NCBI GenBank assembly: GCA_963831715.1
Contig: CAWHRB010000002.1
Location: forward strand, 139,655 to 203,654
DNA length: 64,000 bases
Source: an uncultured Chloroflexia bacterium
GTDB taxonomy: Bacteria > Chloroflexota > Limnocylindria > Limnocylindrales > CSP1-4
Direction of reading: 5' to 3'
The notes under the pieces are model-generated. The model was given only the letters and a program-made list of their open reading frames with translations. It made no database searches and had not been told where the DNA came from. Position numbers and translations under genes: made by a program. Position 1 is the stretch's first letter, and every line of letters starts with the position of its first letter. Below, in pieces: positions 17,601-25,777 of the stretch.

Positions 17601-19937
17601 TTCGAACTCGCCCAGCGCGGGCTGCGCGAGGCGACCGTCCAGGGCTCGCCTCGCCTGGTGACGACGTTCGAGCGATGGGCCGTGCCGAATGTCGTCATCG
17701 CCGCCGTCCATTTCACGGGGACGCGTTACATCCTGTCCGACGAGTACTACGCGTCGTTCCGCGCCACCGACCGGGAAGTGGACGTCACCTTGACGCCCGA
17801 CCGCGCGCGCTACTCGCCGCGAGATCCGGTCGAACTCGACGTCAGGACGCGCGATCATGACGGGGCACCCGTGGCGGCATCGGTCATCCTCCAGGCTGTC
17901 GACGCGAAGCTGTTCGACATCGGGGCGGCCGCGGACGCCGATCCACTACCTGAGCTCTATGGCTCGCTCGCGAGCGGCGTCCGCACCCGTTTCGCCTCGC
18001 ATCGCCTGCGGCAGCGGCCGGGTGAGGGCGGCGACACGGCCGGCGGTGGGGGCGACGAACGGATCCACTTCCGCGACGCCCTCCTGTTCGAGGTCGTCGA
18101 GACGGGCGCCGACGGTCGTGCCCGTGCGTCGTTCCGGCTGTCCGACGACCTGACGTCGTGGCGGGTGAGCGGCGCGGCCATCACCGACGACCTGGGGGCC
18201 GGCATCCGGTCGATCGAGATCCCGGTCGGCCTGCCCTTCTTCGTGGACGCGTCGATCGCACCGGAGTACCTCGTCGGCGACCGACCATCGATCCAGGTGC
18301 GCGCCTATGGGCAAGGGCTCGCTCCCGGTGCCGACGTCCGCCTGACAGTGACCTCAGACAGCCTCGGCCTGACCGCCCAGACCATCCGGACGAAAGCATT
18401 CGAGACCGTGACCGTCCCGATGCCGAAGCTCAGCTCCGGCCTCCATAGCGTGACGATCACCGCCAGCGCCGGCAGCGGTACTGCGGTCATGCGCGACCAG
18501 CTCACCCGCTCGTTCAACGTCATCGCGTCGCGGCTGGAGCGGGCCAGGACGACGTACACCGATGGGATCGGCCCCCGTCCGGTCGCCGGTGGGGCGGGTC
18601 TCACGAGCCTCGTCATCTCTGACAGCAGCGCCGGACGCTATCTGCCGCTGCTCCTCGATGTCGCCGGCAATGACGGCGCACGACTCGAGCGCGCCCTTGG
18701 AGCGGCCATGGCGTCGTCGCTCCTTACCCGTCGGTATGGCGCAGCCGGAGGCGCCTGGCGACCCGCCGACCTCGACGGCGACCGGTACCAGGCTGCCGAC
18801 GGCGGTATCGCGCCGCTGCCCCACTCGAGCAGCGACCTGACTTTGACGTCGCTGGTCGCGATCGTCTCACCGGAGGCGTTCCGGACTGCGGACCTGCGCG
18901 CGTACCTCGGATCGGTCAGGGGCGACCCGAAGGCGACCCGCGAGCGACGGATGTATGCCCTCGCCGGACTCGCCGGCGTGGGGGCTCCTGTGCTCCCGCA
19001 GATCCGCGTGGCGGCGGCGGATCGTGGGCTCACCGTCCGCGAGCGGCTGATGATCGGGCTGGGCGCGGCCGCTTTGGGCGACGCTGCGACCGCCCGGACG
19101 ATCGCGACCGAATTGTGGGCGGCCGCCGGTGAAGAACGGGCCGACCAGGCACACCTGCGTGTCGGTGACACGGCCGCTGACAGCACCGACGCGACGGCAC
19201 GGATGGCGCTCCTGACGGCGGCGATCGGCGACGGTCATGCGCCGGCACTGTGGACATACGTCGAGGCGAACCCGAGCACGGACGTGCCCTACGACCTGCT
19301 CGCCGTCGCCTACGTGGAGCGGCTGATCGACCGATTGCCGGTGGAGCCGGCCAGCTTCGCGTACGTGATCGACGGCAAGCGCACCGTAGTCGAGCTCGGC
19401 ATGGGCGAGTCGTTCCAGCTCACGCTGACGACGGCCCAGCGAGCGAACCTACTGCTGGAAACCATCGAGGGCGCCATCGGGATCACGACGACCTGGGCAG
19501 AACCGGTCACGGCATCGTCATTCGAACGCGATGCGGACATCACGATCCGACGCTCGCGGACGCCTGCGGCGATGGTCGGGACGGCCGACCTGGTCCGGGT
19601 CGACCTCACGGTCCGCTTCGGCCCGAAGGCCCCGACGGGCTGCCATCAGGTCACCGAGCAGGTCCCGTCGGGGCTGATCCCGCTCAACCCGATGACGCCC
19701 TTGCCGGACGACGAGGCCTCGGTCGGCGATCCGCGGTTCGCGACGCCGTACGCCGTGGACGGCCAGCGCGTGTCGTTCTGCGCCGAACCGACCAAGAAGC
19801 TGCGCACCGTCCGGCTGCGCTACTACGCGCGCGTCATCACCCCAGGGACGTACCTGTGGGAGCCGGCCGTCGTCGAATCCCGGACGAGCGCGGATCGAGC
19901 GGCGCTGACCGCCAGGGCAACCGTCAGGATCCGCTGA
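14685..19937 (+). CDS. Zinc anti-sigma (zf-HC2) / TM / Ig-like / alpha-2-macroglobulin-like fusion protein, 1750 aa
   Basis: HLADCEAC near the N-terminus, one TM helix, a Pro/Thr/Ser linker and two Big_5-like repeats. A2M landmarks: YHTDRLVYRRTDTV, LTPDRARYSPRDPVELDV, ETGADGRARASFRLSDDLTSWRV, LRYYARVITPGTY. ATGA overlap with the sigma stop. Confidence 0.85.
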   Translation: MIEHGRAQELAAIGLDFELDPGERAVLDRHLADCEACRAVAVDLGAIQNAIAELPTEDAPARLRRQILDPAGERARRSQASRWTLPRIPRLQAFGIAAAAAVVAIAIVASQLPWQAGPTPSVAIADPTSTPSGESPTPGATAGPSATERPPILAYTPRAELTPVSGAGPVVAPDAEFRLVSVDGSPAVDLAARLSVKPALELAVEPEPDGTAVRIRPATQMQPGTVYRFTLAGADGRPQDSWAFQTEQAVRVVATTPDDTETDVPLDTGIEITFDQDGVVDPASHVTIQPLTPGRFEWRDRTLAFVPQRLKAATVYTVTVTRGVRVEGSDEVLAEDFRFRFETAAQPGRVTTTFGFPDDVLEAPTAGRATLPIWAFRDDDTLPSATAMEVYRFADRAAAIDGFRQLRRSSRWARWSIADAVPTAGLRRVMSFRAALQRGGESLWFRLPDTLAAGWYLVQQPSRTRPTQVILQVTDVAGYLSVSDGRTLVWANDLADGRPLSGATVTTEGSDLGRTDADGLLLADTPAPLRADGQPGCAESACDRVVIVRSPDGRSMFMPADNPYGMGVGHDGSSANAQSHWLVYHTDRLVYRRTDTVNVWGMVRDRASGAVPETVDVALVVGFSDPTPPPIASLRLRPSPTGAFTGSLPIANLPEGSYDLILRAGADVIGSTSVQVARILKPAYKLDLETGRRVYIEGDRIRVTSHATFYEGTPVPGVRLRIDGRVQRNVTTDRTGTATFRTVAHADRDIDGSAWDYQSVGVNPARAEEGDIAGSTQAFLVFPSSRTIRGEATIASGRVRLQGTVHLVDRDRLETEIAGGLSPWDLDPRGKPVTGATVAISFNEEIPSRVQAGTEYDWIEKKVVPIYEYEVRTQEVRTMRVRTSANGSFSASIPDPGRRHDFQIRMTVGDPDGHPARTFAYASAGRASTDTVDYASLAPTSSAVARPDGYAIGDRIDLTVTENRRARGGRYLFELAQRGLREATVQGSPRLVTTFERWAVPNVVIAAVHFTGTRYILSDEYYASFRATDREVDVTLTPDRARYSPRDPVELDVRTRDHDGAPVAASVILQAVDAKLFDIGAAADADPLPELYGSLASGVRTRFASHRLRQRPGEGGDTAGGGGDERIHFRDALLFEVVETGADGRARASFRLSDDLTSWRVSGAAITDDLGAGIRSIEIPVGLPFFVDASIAPEYLVGDRPSIQVRAYGQGLAPGADVRLTVTSDSLGLTAQTIRTKAFETVTVPMPKLSSGLHSVTITASAGSGTAVMRDQLTRSFNVIASRLERARTTYTDGIGPRPVAGGAGLTSLVISDSSAGRYLPLLLDVAGNDGARLERALGAAMASSLLTRRYGAAGGAWRPADLDGDRYQAADGGIAPLPHSSSDLTLTSLVAIVSPEAFRTADLRAYLGSVRGDPKATRERRMYALAGLAGVGAPVLPQIRVAAADRGLTVRERLMIGLGAAALGDAATARTIATELWAAAGEERADQAHLRVGDTAADSTDATARMALLTAAIGDGHAPALWTYVEANPSTDVPYDLLAVAYVERLIDRLPVEPASFAYVIDGKRTVVELGMGESFQLTLTTAQRANLLLETIEGAIGITTTWAEPVTASSFERDADITIRRSRTPAAMVGTADLVRVDLTVRFGPKAPTGCHQVTEQVPSGLIPLNPMTPLPDDEASVGDPRFATPYAVDGQRVSFCAEPTKKLRTVRLRYYARVITPGTYLWEPAVVESRTSADRAALTARATVRIR

Positions 19938-19944
19938 CCGCGCG

Positions 19945-21069
19945 TCAGCGCAAGGTCCGGCGGGCGTGTCCTTCCAGGCGATCGAGCGCGACCGGGAGAT
20001 CGGTCCGCCCGAAGCCGAGGCGGAAGTGGTTCCCCCCGAAGCCGAACTGTGAACCGGGCAGCAACAGGACGCCTTCCGCCTCGACCAGCCCGGCGGCCCA
20101 GTCGTCGATGGACACGCCCGGCACGGTGAGCCTGGGGAAGCCGACCGACCCCGCCCGCGGCCGGACCCACGCCAGCCGATCGGCCCACTCGTCGAAGAAG
20201 CCATCGAGCAGCCGCAGGTTCTCGGCGACGATCCCGCGCGACCGCGCCAGCACGACATCCCTGGCGCGCAGGCCGATCAGGGCCAGGACCTCGGAGGGCG
20301 CCGACGAGCAGATCGTGGTGTAGTCCTTGAACGAGGCGCACCGCGCGAGGAGCTCGCGGTCTCGGGTGGCGAGCCAGCCGATCCGCAGGCCGGCCATGGC
20401 GAACGACTTCGACATGACCCCGAGGGAAATGCCTCGCGCCGACGCCTCGGCGCCTGCCGGCAGCCGATCCGCATCGTCGAACTCGAGGTAGCGATAGACC
20501 TCGTCGACGAGGAGATGCGCTCCCGCATCGTCGGCGATCTCGACGAGCGCGTCGAACGTCGCGCGCTCGGGCTGCATCCCGGTCGGGTTGTGTGGCGCGT
20601 TCATGACGATGAGCCGGGTCTCCGGCGTGACCTGGCCGCGCAGCAGCTCGATATCGATGGCCCACCCGGCGTCCTCGCGGAGCTCGTGGAGGGTCACCTC
20701 GGCGCCGGTCGCGCGAGCGACCTCGTACAGGCTCTGGTAGCCGGGCCACGTCACGACGGCGTGGTCACCCGGTCCGAACATGACGTTGGCGAGGCAGAAG
20801 ATCGCCTCCTCGGCACCGGCGAAGACCAGGACGTCGTCGGCCTCGAGGCCCTCGTACAGGGCCGCGATCTCCGCGCGCAGCAGCGGATGACCGGTCGACT
20901 CGGTATAGCCGAGGGTGAGCCCCTCCCACATCGCCCGTGTCTCCTCGTCGGCCAGGTCGAGCAGATCGGCCATCGGGTACCCCTGGACATCCGACGCGCA
21001 CAGCAGGTGGTCGACGGCGAACTCCCAGCGGGCGAAGTAGCGCTCGAGAGCGAAGTCGGCGATGCGCAT
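19945..21069 (-). CDS. PLP-dependent aminotransferase class I/II fold
   Basis: MNAPHNPTG, VDEVYR, GVMSKSFAMAGLRIGW. Confidence 0.9.
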   Translation of the reverse strand: MRIADFALERYFARWEFAVDHLLCASDVQGYPMADLLDLADEETRAMWEGLTLGYTESTGHPLLRAEIAALYEGLEADDVLVFAGAEEAIFCLANVMFGPGDHAVVTWPGYQSLYEVARATGAEVTLHELREDAGWAIDIELLRGQVTPETRLIVMNAPHNPTGMQPERATFDALVEIADDAGAHLLVDEVYRYLEFDDADRLPAGAEASARGISLGVMSKSFAMAGLRIGWLATRDRELLARCASFKDYTTICSSAPSEVLALIGLRARDVVLARSRGIVAENLRLLDGFFDEWADRLAWVRPRAGSVGFPRLTVPGVSIDDWAAGLVEAEGVLLLPGSQFGFGGNHFRLGFGRTDLPVALDRLEGHARRTLR

Positions 21070-21121
21070 GGCCGCATCATCGCCGACGGCGGGTCACCCG
21101 CGCGTGGGTATGCTGGACGTC

Positions 21122-22045
21122 GTGACCGAACAGACCATCGTGATCGTCGGCTCCCCCACTGCCCTCGGCGGACACTTCGCGGGGATGGAGCGCAGTCCAT
21201 CGCTGCTGCGTGACGTCGGTGTGCGCGACCGCCTCGCCGCTCGTCCTGGATTGACGGGGACGACCTGGCTCGATCATGGCGACGCCGCCAACGATCCTGG
21301 CTGGGTCGCGGATCCCGACCGGCGCTCGAAGAACCGGGACCTGATCGCCGCCTATCTCGGTCGACTCGCGACCCACGTGCAGACGGGTCTCGTGCAGGGC
21401 GACGGCGATGCCACGCTGCTCACGCTGGGCGGCGACTGCACCACCCACGCCGGAGCGATGGCCGGCATCCGCCGGGCGCGCCCCGGGATCCGGCTCGGGC
21501 TGGCCTGGTTCGACGCGCACGGCGACTTCAATACGCCGGATACGACGCCGTCGGGGAACGTCTGGGGCATGCCGTTCGCGCTCGCCTGCGGGCGAGGTGA
21601 CGAGACGCTCGTCGCCGCGGCGGAGGGTCCGAGCGTCCGCGAGGTCGATGCCGGCCTGTTCGGCGGTCAGGTGCTCGACGAGACGGAGTCGCGCATGCTC
21701 GCCGCCAGCGGGGTGGCGCAGTTCGGCCCGGGGATGCTGGCGGACCCGGCCGGTCAGGCGGCCGTCGCGGCCTGGAGCGGGTCCGTCTCGACCCGCGTCG
21801 ATGCCTGGTACATCGCCTTCGACCTGGACGCGCTCGATATGTCCGGGCGATGGGCGATCGCCACGCCGGAGCCGGACGGTCTATCGCTCGAGACCGCCGT
21901 CGCGACCGTCCGTGCCATCGCCACGAGCGGTGCGCCGGTCATCGGCTTCGGCGCAACGGCCGTGATGGAGCGCGACGGTGCCGACCTGCACGGAACGGTC
22001 GATGCCATCGCGGCACTGACAGAAGCGGCCCTCGCCGAGCCATAA
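21122..22045 (+). CDS. Arginase/ureohydrolase family protein
   Basis: WFDAHGDFNTPDTTPSGNVWGMP and FDLDALD metal motifs; GGDC replaces GGDH. GTG start chosen 7 nt after TATGCT (alternative ATG at 21110). Confidence 0.85.
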   Translation: MTEQTIVIVGSPTALGGHFAGMERSPSLLRDVGVRDRLAARPGLTGTTWLDHGDAANDPGWVADPDRRSKNRDLIAAYLGRLATHVQTGLVQGDGDATLLTLGGDCTTHAGAMAGIRRARPGIRLGLAWFDAHGDFNTPDTTPSGNVWGMPFALACGRGDETLVAAAEGPSVREVDAGLFGGQVLDETESRMLAASGVAQFGPGMLADPAGQAAVAAWSGSVSTRVDAWYIAFDLDALDMSGRWAIATPEPDGLSLETAVATVRAIATSGAPVIGFGATAVMERDGADLHGTVDAIAALTEAALAEP

Positions 22046-22057
22046 GGTCGTCTGGGT

Positions 22058-22765
22058 TCAGTCGATGCGGACGAAGCCCGCGGCGATATCACGGAAGGTC
22101 GCCTCGTCGATGCCGGTCGCGACCGCCAGCCAGCTCGGGGTCTCGGCGCGGCCGACGACGATCGCAAAGCCCCCGTCATCGACGGTGATGAGCGTCCCCG
22201 GCTGGTCGCCGAACGATGCCTCGCCCGAGTCGGTGCCCGGTGGCACGCACCCGTCCGAGGTCTCGCAGAAGGCTCCTTCCTGGAGGGATAGGGTCGCCCC
22301 GGCCGGTCCCCTGTACGAGATCGAGAGCTGCCCGACCCCGCGACCGCTGTAATTGCCGGTCGACACGACCCAGCGCGCCGGCAAGACCGGGCAGTACACC
22401 GGCCAGTCGATGTTCGCGGCCGCTCCCGCATAGAACGCTTTGTTGTCGTCGTTGCCTGCGCACGCTTCGACAGCCACCTCCGGCGGCAGTGAGGACGGCG
22501 AAGCCCCTGAGGAGCTGGCCGAGGCCGATGGGGAGGCGATAGCACTCGAGGATGACGACGGCGATGGCTGCAGGGACGGAGCAGTCGGCGCGGTCGAAGC
22601 AGACGGTGCGGAGGACGTCACGGCGGCTGGGCTGGCGGTCCCGCCATCGTCGCCGCCGATACAGCCACCGGCGATGGCGGCACAGACGACGACCAGGAGG
22701 AGCAGGGGGGACCGGGGCAGCGCCGCGACGGCACGGCCCGGATGGGCCGGTCGGGGACGGGTCAC
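22058..22765 (-). CDS. Hypothetical Ser/Pro-rich exported protein, possible lipoprotein
   Basis: Hydrophobic signal ending AIAGGC, a long Ser/Pro/Ala linker and a Cys-containing globular C-terminus. GTGA overlap with the cobC-like gene. Confidence 0.7.
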   Translation of the reverse strand: MTRPRPAHPGRAVAALPRSPLLLLVVVCAAIAGGCIGGDDGGTASPAAVTSSAPSASTAPTAPSLQPSPSSSSSAIASPSASASSSGASPSSLPPEVAVEACAGNDDNKAFYAGAAANIDWPVYCPVLPARWVVSTGNYSGRGVGQLSISYRGPAGATLSLQEGAFCETSDGCVPPGTDSGEASFGDQPGTLITVDDGGFAIVVGRAETPSWLAVATGIDEATFRDIAAGFVRID

Positions 22766-23352
22766 GCGGTCGAGGGTAGCACGGGAGGCCGTGTCGGCCC
22801 CGCGGGGACCTCGAGACGATGGGCCACCGCCGGCGCCACGAGGTCGTCCGGGGAGGTCGGTCGGCGCTCGGCGATCGCTCGGGCATGCATGAAGGGTCCG
22901 GCGTGGGTGACCACCACCGTCGGCCGCCCGTCGGCGACCAGGTCGGCCCAGGCGGCGGCGACCCGGTCGGCCAGGGCGGCGTGAGTCTCGCCGGCCGGCC
23001 AGTCGATGCCCAGCTCGCCGGCCGCCAGCGCCGCGGCCAGGTCCGGGGCGATCACGGTCAGCTCGTCGAACCTCCGTCCTTCGGCGATGCCGAGGTCGGC
23101 CTCGCACCAGCGGTCATCGATCGCGGCGCTCTTGAGCCCGGCCGCCTCGACGACCGCCGCTGCCGTCGCGGTCGCCCGTCTCGACGGGCTGGACAGGACC
23201 CGGGTGCCCGGCGCCAGGTCCTCGGCCAGCGAGGCGGCGAGCTGCAGCGCCTCGGCGACACCGATGCTCGACAGCGGAGGGTCGCTTCGACCGCAGTACC
23301 GCACACCGGACCACGCCGTCGACGCGTGCCGCACCAGGACGATCGCGACCAC
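22762..23352 (-). CDS. cobC: Histidine phosphatase, probable alpha-ribazole/adenosylcobalamin phosphatase (CobC-like)
   Basis: LVRHAST, SSPSRRA, EADLGIAEG, VVTHAG. Lies directly after cobT. Confidence 0.72.
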   Translation of the reverse strand: MVAIVLVRHASTAWSGVRYCGRSDPPLSSIGVAEALQLAASLAEDLAPGTRVLSSPSRRATATAAAVVEAAGLKSAAIDDRWCEADLGIAEGRRFDELTVIAPDLAAALAAGELGIDWPAGETHAALADRVAAAWADLVADGRPTVVVTHAGPFMHARAIAERRPTSPDDLVAPAVAHRLEVPAGPTRPPVLPSTA

Positions 23353-23353
23353 G

Positions 23354-24478
23354 TCAGCTGACCGGGTGTGCCGGATCGGTCGGACCCGCGACACCGGCGG
23401 CGTCGAACGTCGCCATCCCGTCGCGGACGGCGACGGCCGCGTCGACCAGGCCCATCGCCAGGGCCGCGCCGGTGCCTTCGCCGAGCCGCAGGTCGAGCTC
23501 GAGCAGGGGCCGTAGCCCCAGCCGCTCCAGCACGACCGCATGACCGGGCTCGACGCTCCGGTGCCCCGCGACCAGCCGGGCCTCGATCCCGGGAGCGAGG
23601 CCGGCCGCGATGAGCGCGGCGGCGCCCGTGATGAAGCCGTCGAGGATGACCGGCACGCGCGCCCCGACGGCCCCGACCATGGCGCCCACGAGGACGCCGA
23701 TCTCGAAGCCCCCGACGGCCGCGAGCACGCCGATCGGGTCGGCCGGATCGGGCCTGTTCCGCTCGAGAGCGCGAGCGACGATCTCGAGCTTGTGGGCGTG
23801 GGTGGCGTCGTCGATGCCGGTGCCGTGTCCGGTCACCCGCGCCGGGGGCAGGCCGGTCGTCGCCGCCGTCAGCGCACTCGCCGCGGTCGTGTTGCCGATA
23901 CCCATCTCGCCGACGCCGAGCAGGTCGACACCGTCATCGATCAGCTCCTGCACGACGACCAGCCCGAGCGCGATCGAGGCAAGGGCCTCGTCCCGGGACA
24001 TCGCCGGACCGGCCGTCATGTCGTTCGTTCCGGCGCGGATCGGGGCTCGGATGAGGCTGGCGTGCGGGCCGACGCCAGATGGCAGCGGCGGGTTCGAGAT
24101 CGCGCCGGCGACACCCGCGTCGACGACGGTCACCGTGGCGCCCACCGACCCGGCCAGGGCGTTGATCGCCGCACCCCCGCCCAGGAAGTTGGCCACCATC
24201 TGCGACGTCACGTCGGCCGGGTACGCCGAGACGCCCTGGCGGACGACCCCGTGGTCGGCGGCCGCGACCACGATCGCCCTGCGGCGGCAGGTGGCCCATG
24301 GATCGCCGGTGATGCCGGCGAGCTGGATGGCAAGCGACTCGAGACGCCCGAGACTCCCCGGCGGCTTCGTGAGCGCATCGAGACGGGCGGTCGTCCCGGC
24401 GACCGCGTCGGCGTCGAGCGCGCCGAGCGACCGGACCCGATCGACGGCCTGCTGCACGGCGGTCGCGTTGCCGCTCAT
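23354..24478 (-). CDS. cobT: Nicotinate-nucleotide--dimethylbenzimidazole phosphoribosyltransferase
   Basis: LTKPPGSLGRLE, AADHGVVRQGVSAYP, GEMGIGNTT, LRLGEGTGAALA. Confidence 0.95.
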   Translation of the reverse strand: MSGNATAVQQAVDRVRSLGALDADAVAGTTARLDALTKPPGSLGRLESLAIQLAGITGDPWATCRRRAIVVAAADHGVVRQGVSAYPADVTSQMVANFLGGGAAINALAGSVGATVTVVDAGVAGAISNPPLPSGVGPHASLIRAPIRAGTNDMTAGPAMSRDEALASIALGLVVVQELIDDGVDLLGVGEMGIGNTTAASALTAATTGLPPARVTGHGTGIDDATHAHKLEIVARALERNRPDPADPIGVLAAVGGFEIGVLVGAMVGAVGARVPVILDGFITGAAALIAAGLAPGIEARLVAGHRSVEPGHAVVLERLGLRPLLELDLRLGEGTGAALAMGLVDAAVAVRDGMATFDAAGVAGPTDPAHPVS

Positions 24479-25017
24479 CGCTGTCCATCCTTGAGCGTCA
24501 CCGGCAAGCCCGCGACGAACAGGTAGGCCTCATCGGCCATCGCCGCCAGGCGTTGATGGGCGATCCCGACGAGATCGCGGTATGCGCGAGCGTTGGGATG
24601 CATCGGCACGATGCCGAGACCGACCTCGTCACTGACGACGATCGCCGGTCCCGGTCGCCCATCGATCGCCGCGTATGCCGCGGCGACCGGTCCGTCGAGG
24701 ATCGGATCGATCGGCGGCGCGCCGTCGCCGAGCAGCGTGCTGAGCCAGAGCGTGAGCCCGTCGATGAGGATCGGCTCGGACGGGTCGGTCGCCGAGATGG
24801 CCGCGGCCAGATCGGCCCCGACATCGATGGTCGGCCACTCGGCCGGCCGTTCGGCACGGTGGCGCCGGATCCGGTCGTCGAGCTCGTCGTCGCCCGACCA
24901 GGCCGTCCCGAGGAACCATGCCCGACCGCCGTCGGCGAGACGACGCGTCGTTGCGAGACCGAACCGGCTCTTGCCGCTGCGGGTCCCGCCGAGCGCGAGG
25001 ATCAGGGGCGCCGCCAT
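24475..25017 (-). CDS. cobU: Bifunctional adenosylcobinamide kinase / cobinamide-phosphate guanylyltransferase
   Basis: GGTRSGKS, RIRRHRAERP, IDGLTLW, VVSDEVGLGIVP, FVAGLP. Confidence 0.93.
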   Translation of the reverse strand: MAAPLILALGGTRSGKSRFGLATTRRLADGGRAWFLGTAWSGDDELDDRIRRHRAERPAEWPTIDVGADLAAAISATDPSEPILIDGLTLWLSTLLGDGAPPIDPILDGPVAAAYAAIDGRPGPAIVVSDEVGLGIVPMHPNARAYRDLVGIAHQRLAAMADEAYLFVAGLPVTLKDGQR

Positions 25018-25023
25018 GCCCGA

Positions 25024-25776
25024 TCAGGCTGCCACGACGACTGCCGCGAGCAACCCGCCCACCACGGAGAGCTCGACGACCGCACCCAGCCCATCGCCGT
25101 CGAGGCCACCCCGTCGCCAGACGAGGACGGCCGCCGCCGCCAGGCCGAGGCCACCCGCGCCGCTGCCGGCGACACCCACGATCCAAGCCGCCGACCCGGC
25201 CAGCCATGCCACCGCGACCCCGATGAGCGCAGCCGTACCCGCGGCGGCCAGCATGGCGGTCGTGGTGACCCGGCCCGCGAACCACGATCCGAGCCCCTCG
25301 TCAGCAGTAGAACCTGCGGCCCGCGTCGCCACGACCGGAACGACCCGCGACGCCGCCGCGACGGCGATGAGCGCGAGACCGCTCGCGGCCCCGCCGACCG
25401 AGCTGACCAGGCTGGTCAGCGCCGCGACCTCGGTCACGACGACCAGGACGATCGCGACCACCCCGGCCGACCCAAGCGCCGGGTCCTTCCGCGCCCGCTC
25501 GGCGGACGTCGGGTCGGGGGCAGCGAGGGCATCGGCCGTGTCGGCCAATCCGTCGAGGTGCATCGCCCCTGTGACGAGCGCCATGACCGCCACCGCTCCG
25601 ATGGCGGCGAGCCACGGCTCGCCGAGCGACCCGCCGAGGAGCGCAAGCGGCACCGCGCCGACCAGCCCGATGATCGCGCCGACCAGGCCGAAGGCCGCCG
25701 CCCCCGGGCCATCGGTGGTCACGACCCCGACCGGGAAGCGGGTCAGCAGGGTCACGGCGCCACGCACGCTCGACAC
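25024..25776 (-). CDS. cobS: Adenosylcobinamide-GDP ribazoletransferase (cobalamin synthase)
   Basis: LLTRFP, TGAMHLDGLADTADAL, KDPALGSAG, GGLDGDGLGAVVELS. Confidence 0.92.
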   Translation of the reverse strand: MSSVRGAVTLLTRFPVGVVTTDGPGAAAFGLVGAIIGLVGAVPLALLGGSLGEPWLAAIGAVAVMALVTGAMHLDGLADTADALAAPDPTSAERARKDPALGSAGVVAIVLVVVTEVAALTSLVSSVGGAASGLALIAVAAASRVVPVVATRAAGSTADEGLGSWFAGRVTTTAMLAAAGTAALIGVAVAWLAGSAAWIVGVAGSGAGGLGLAAAAVLVWRRGGLDGDGLGAVVELSVVGGLLAAVVVAA

Positions 25777-25777
25777 G

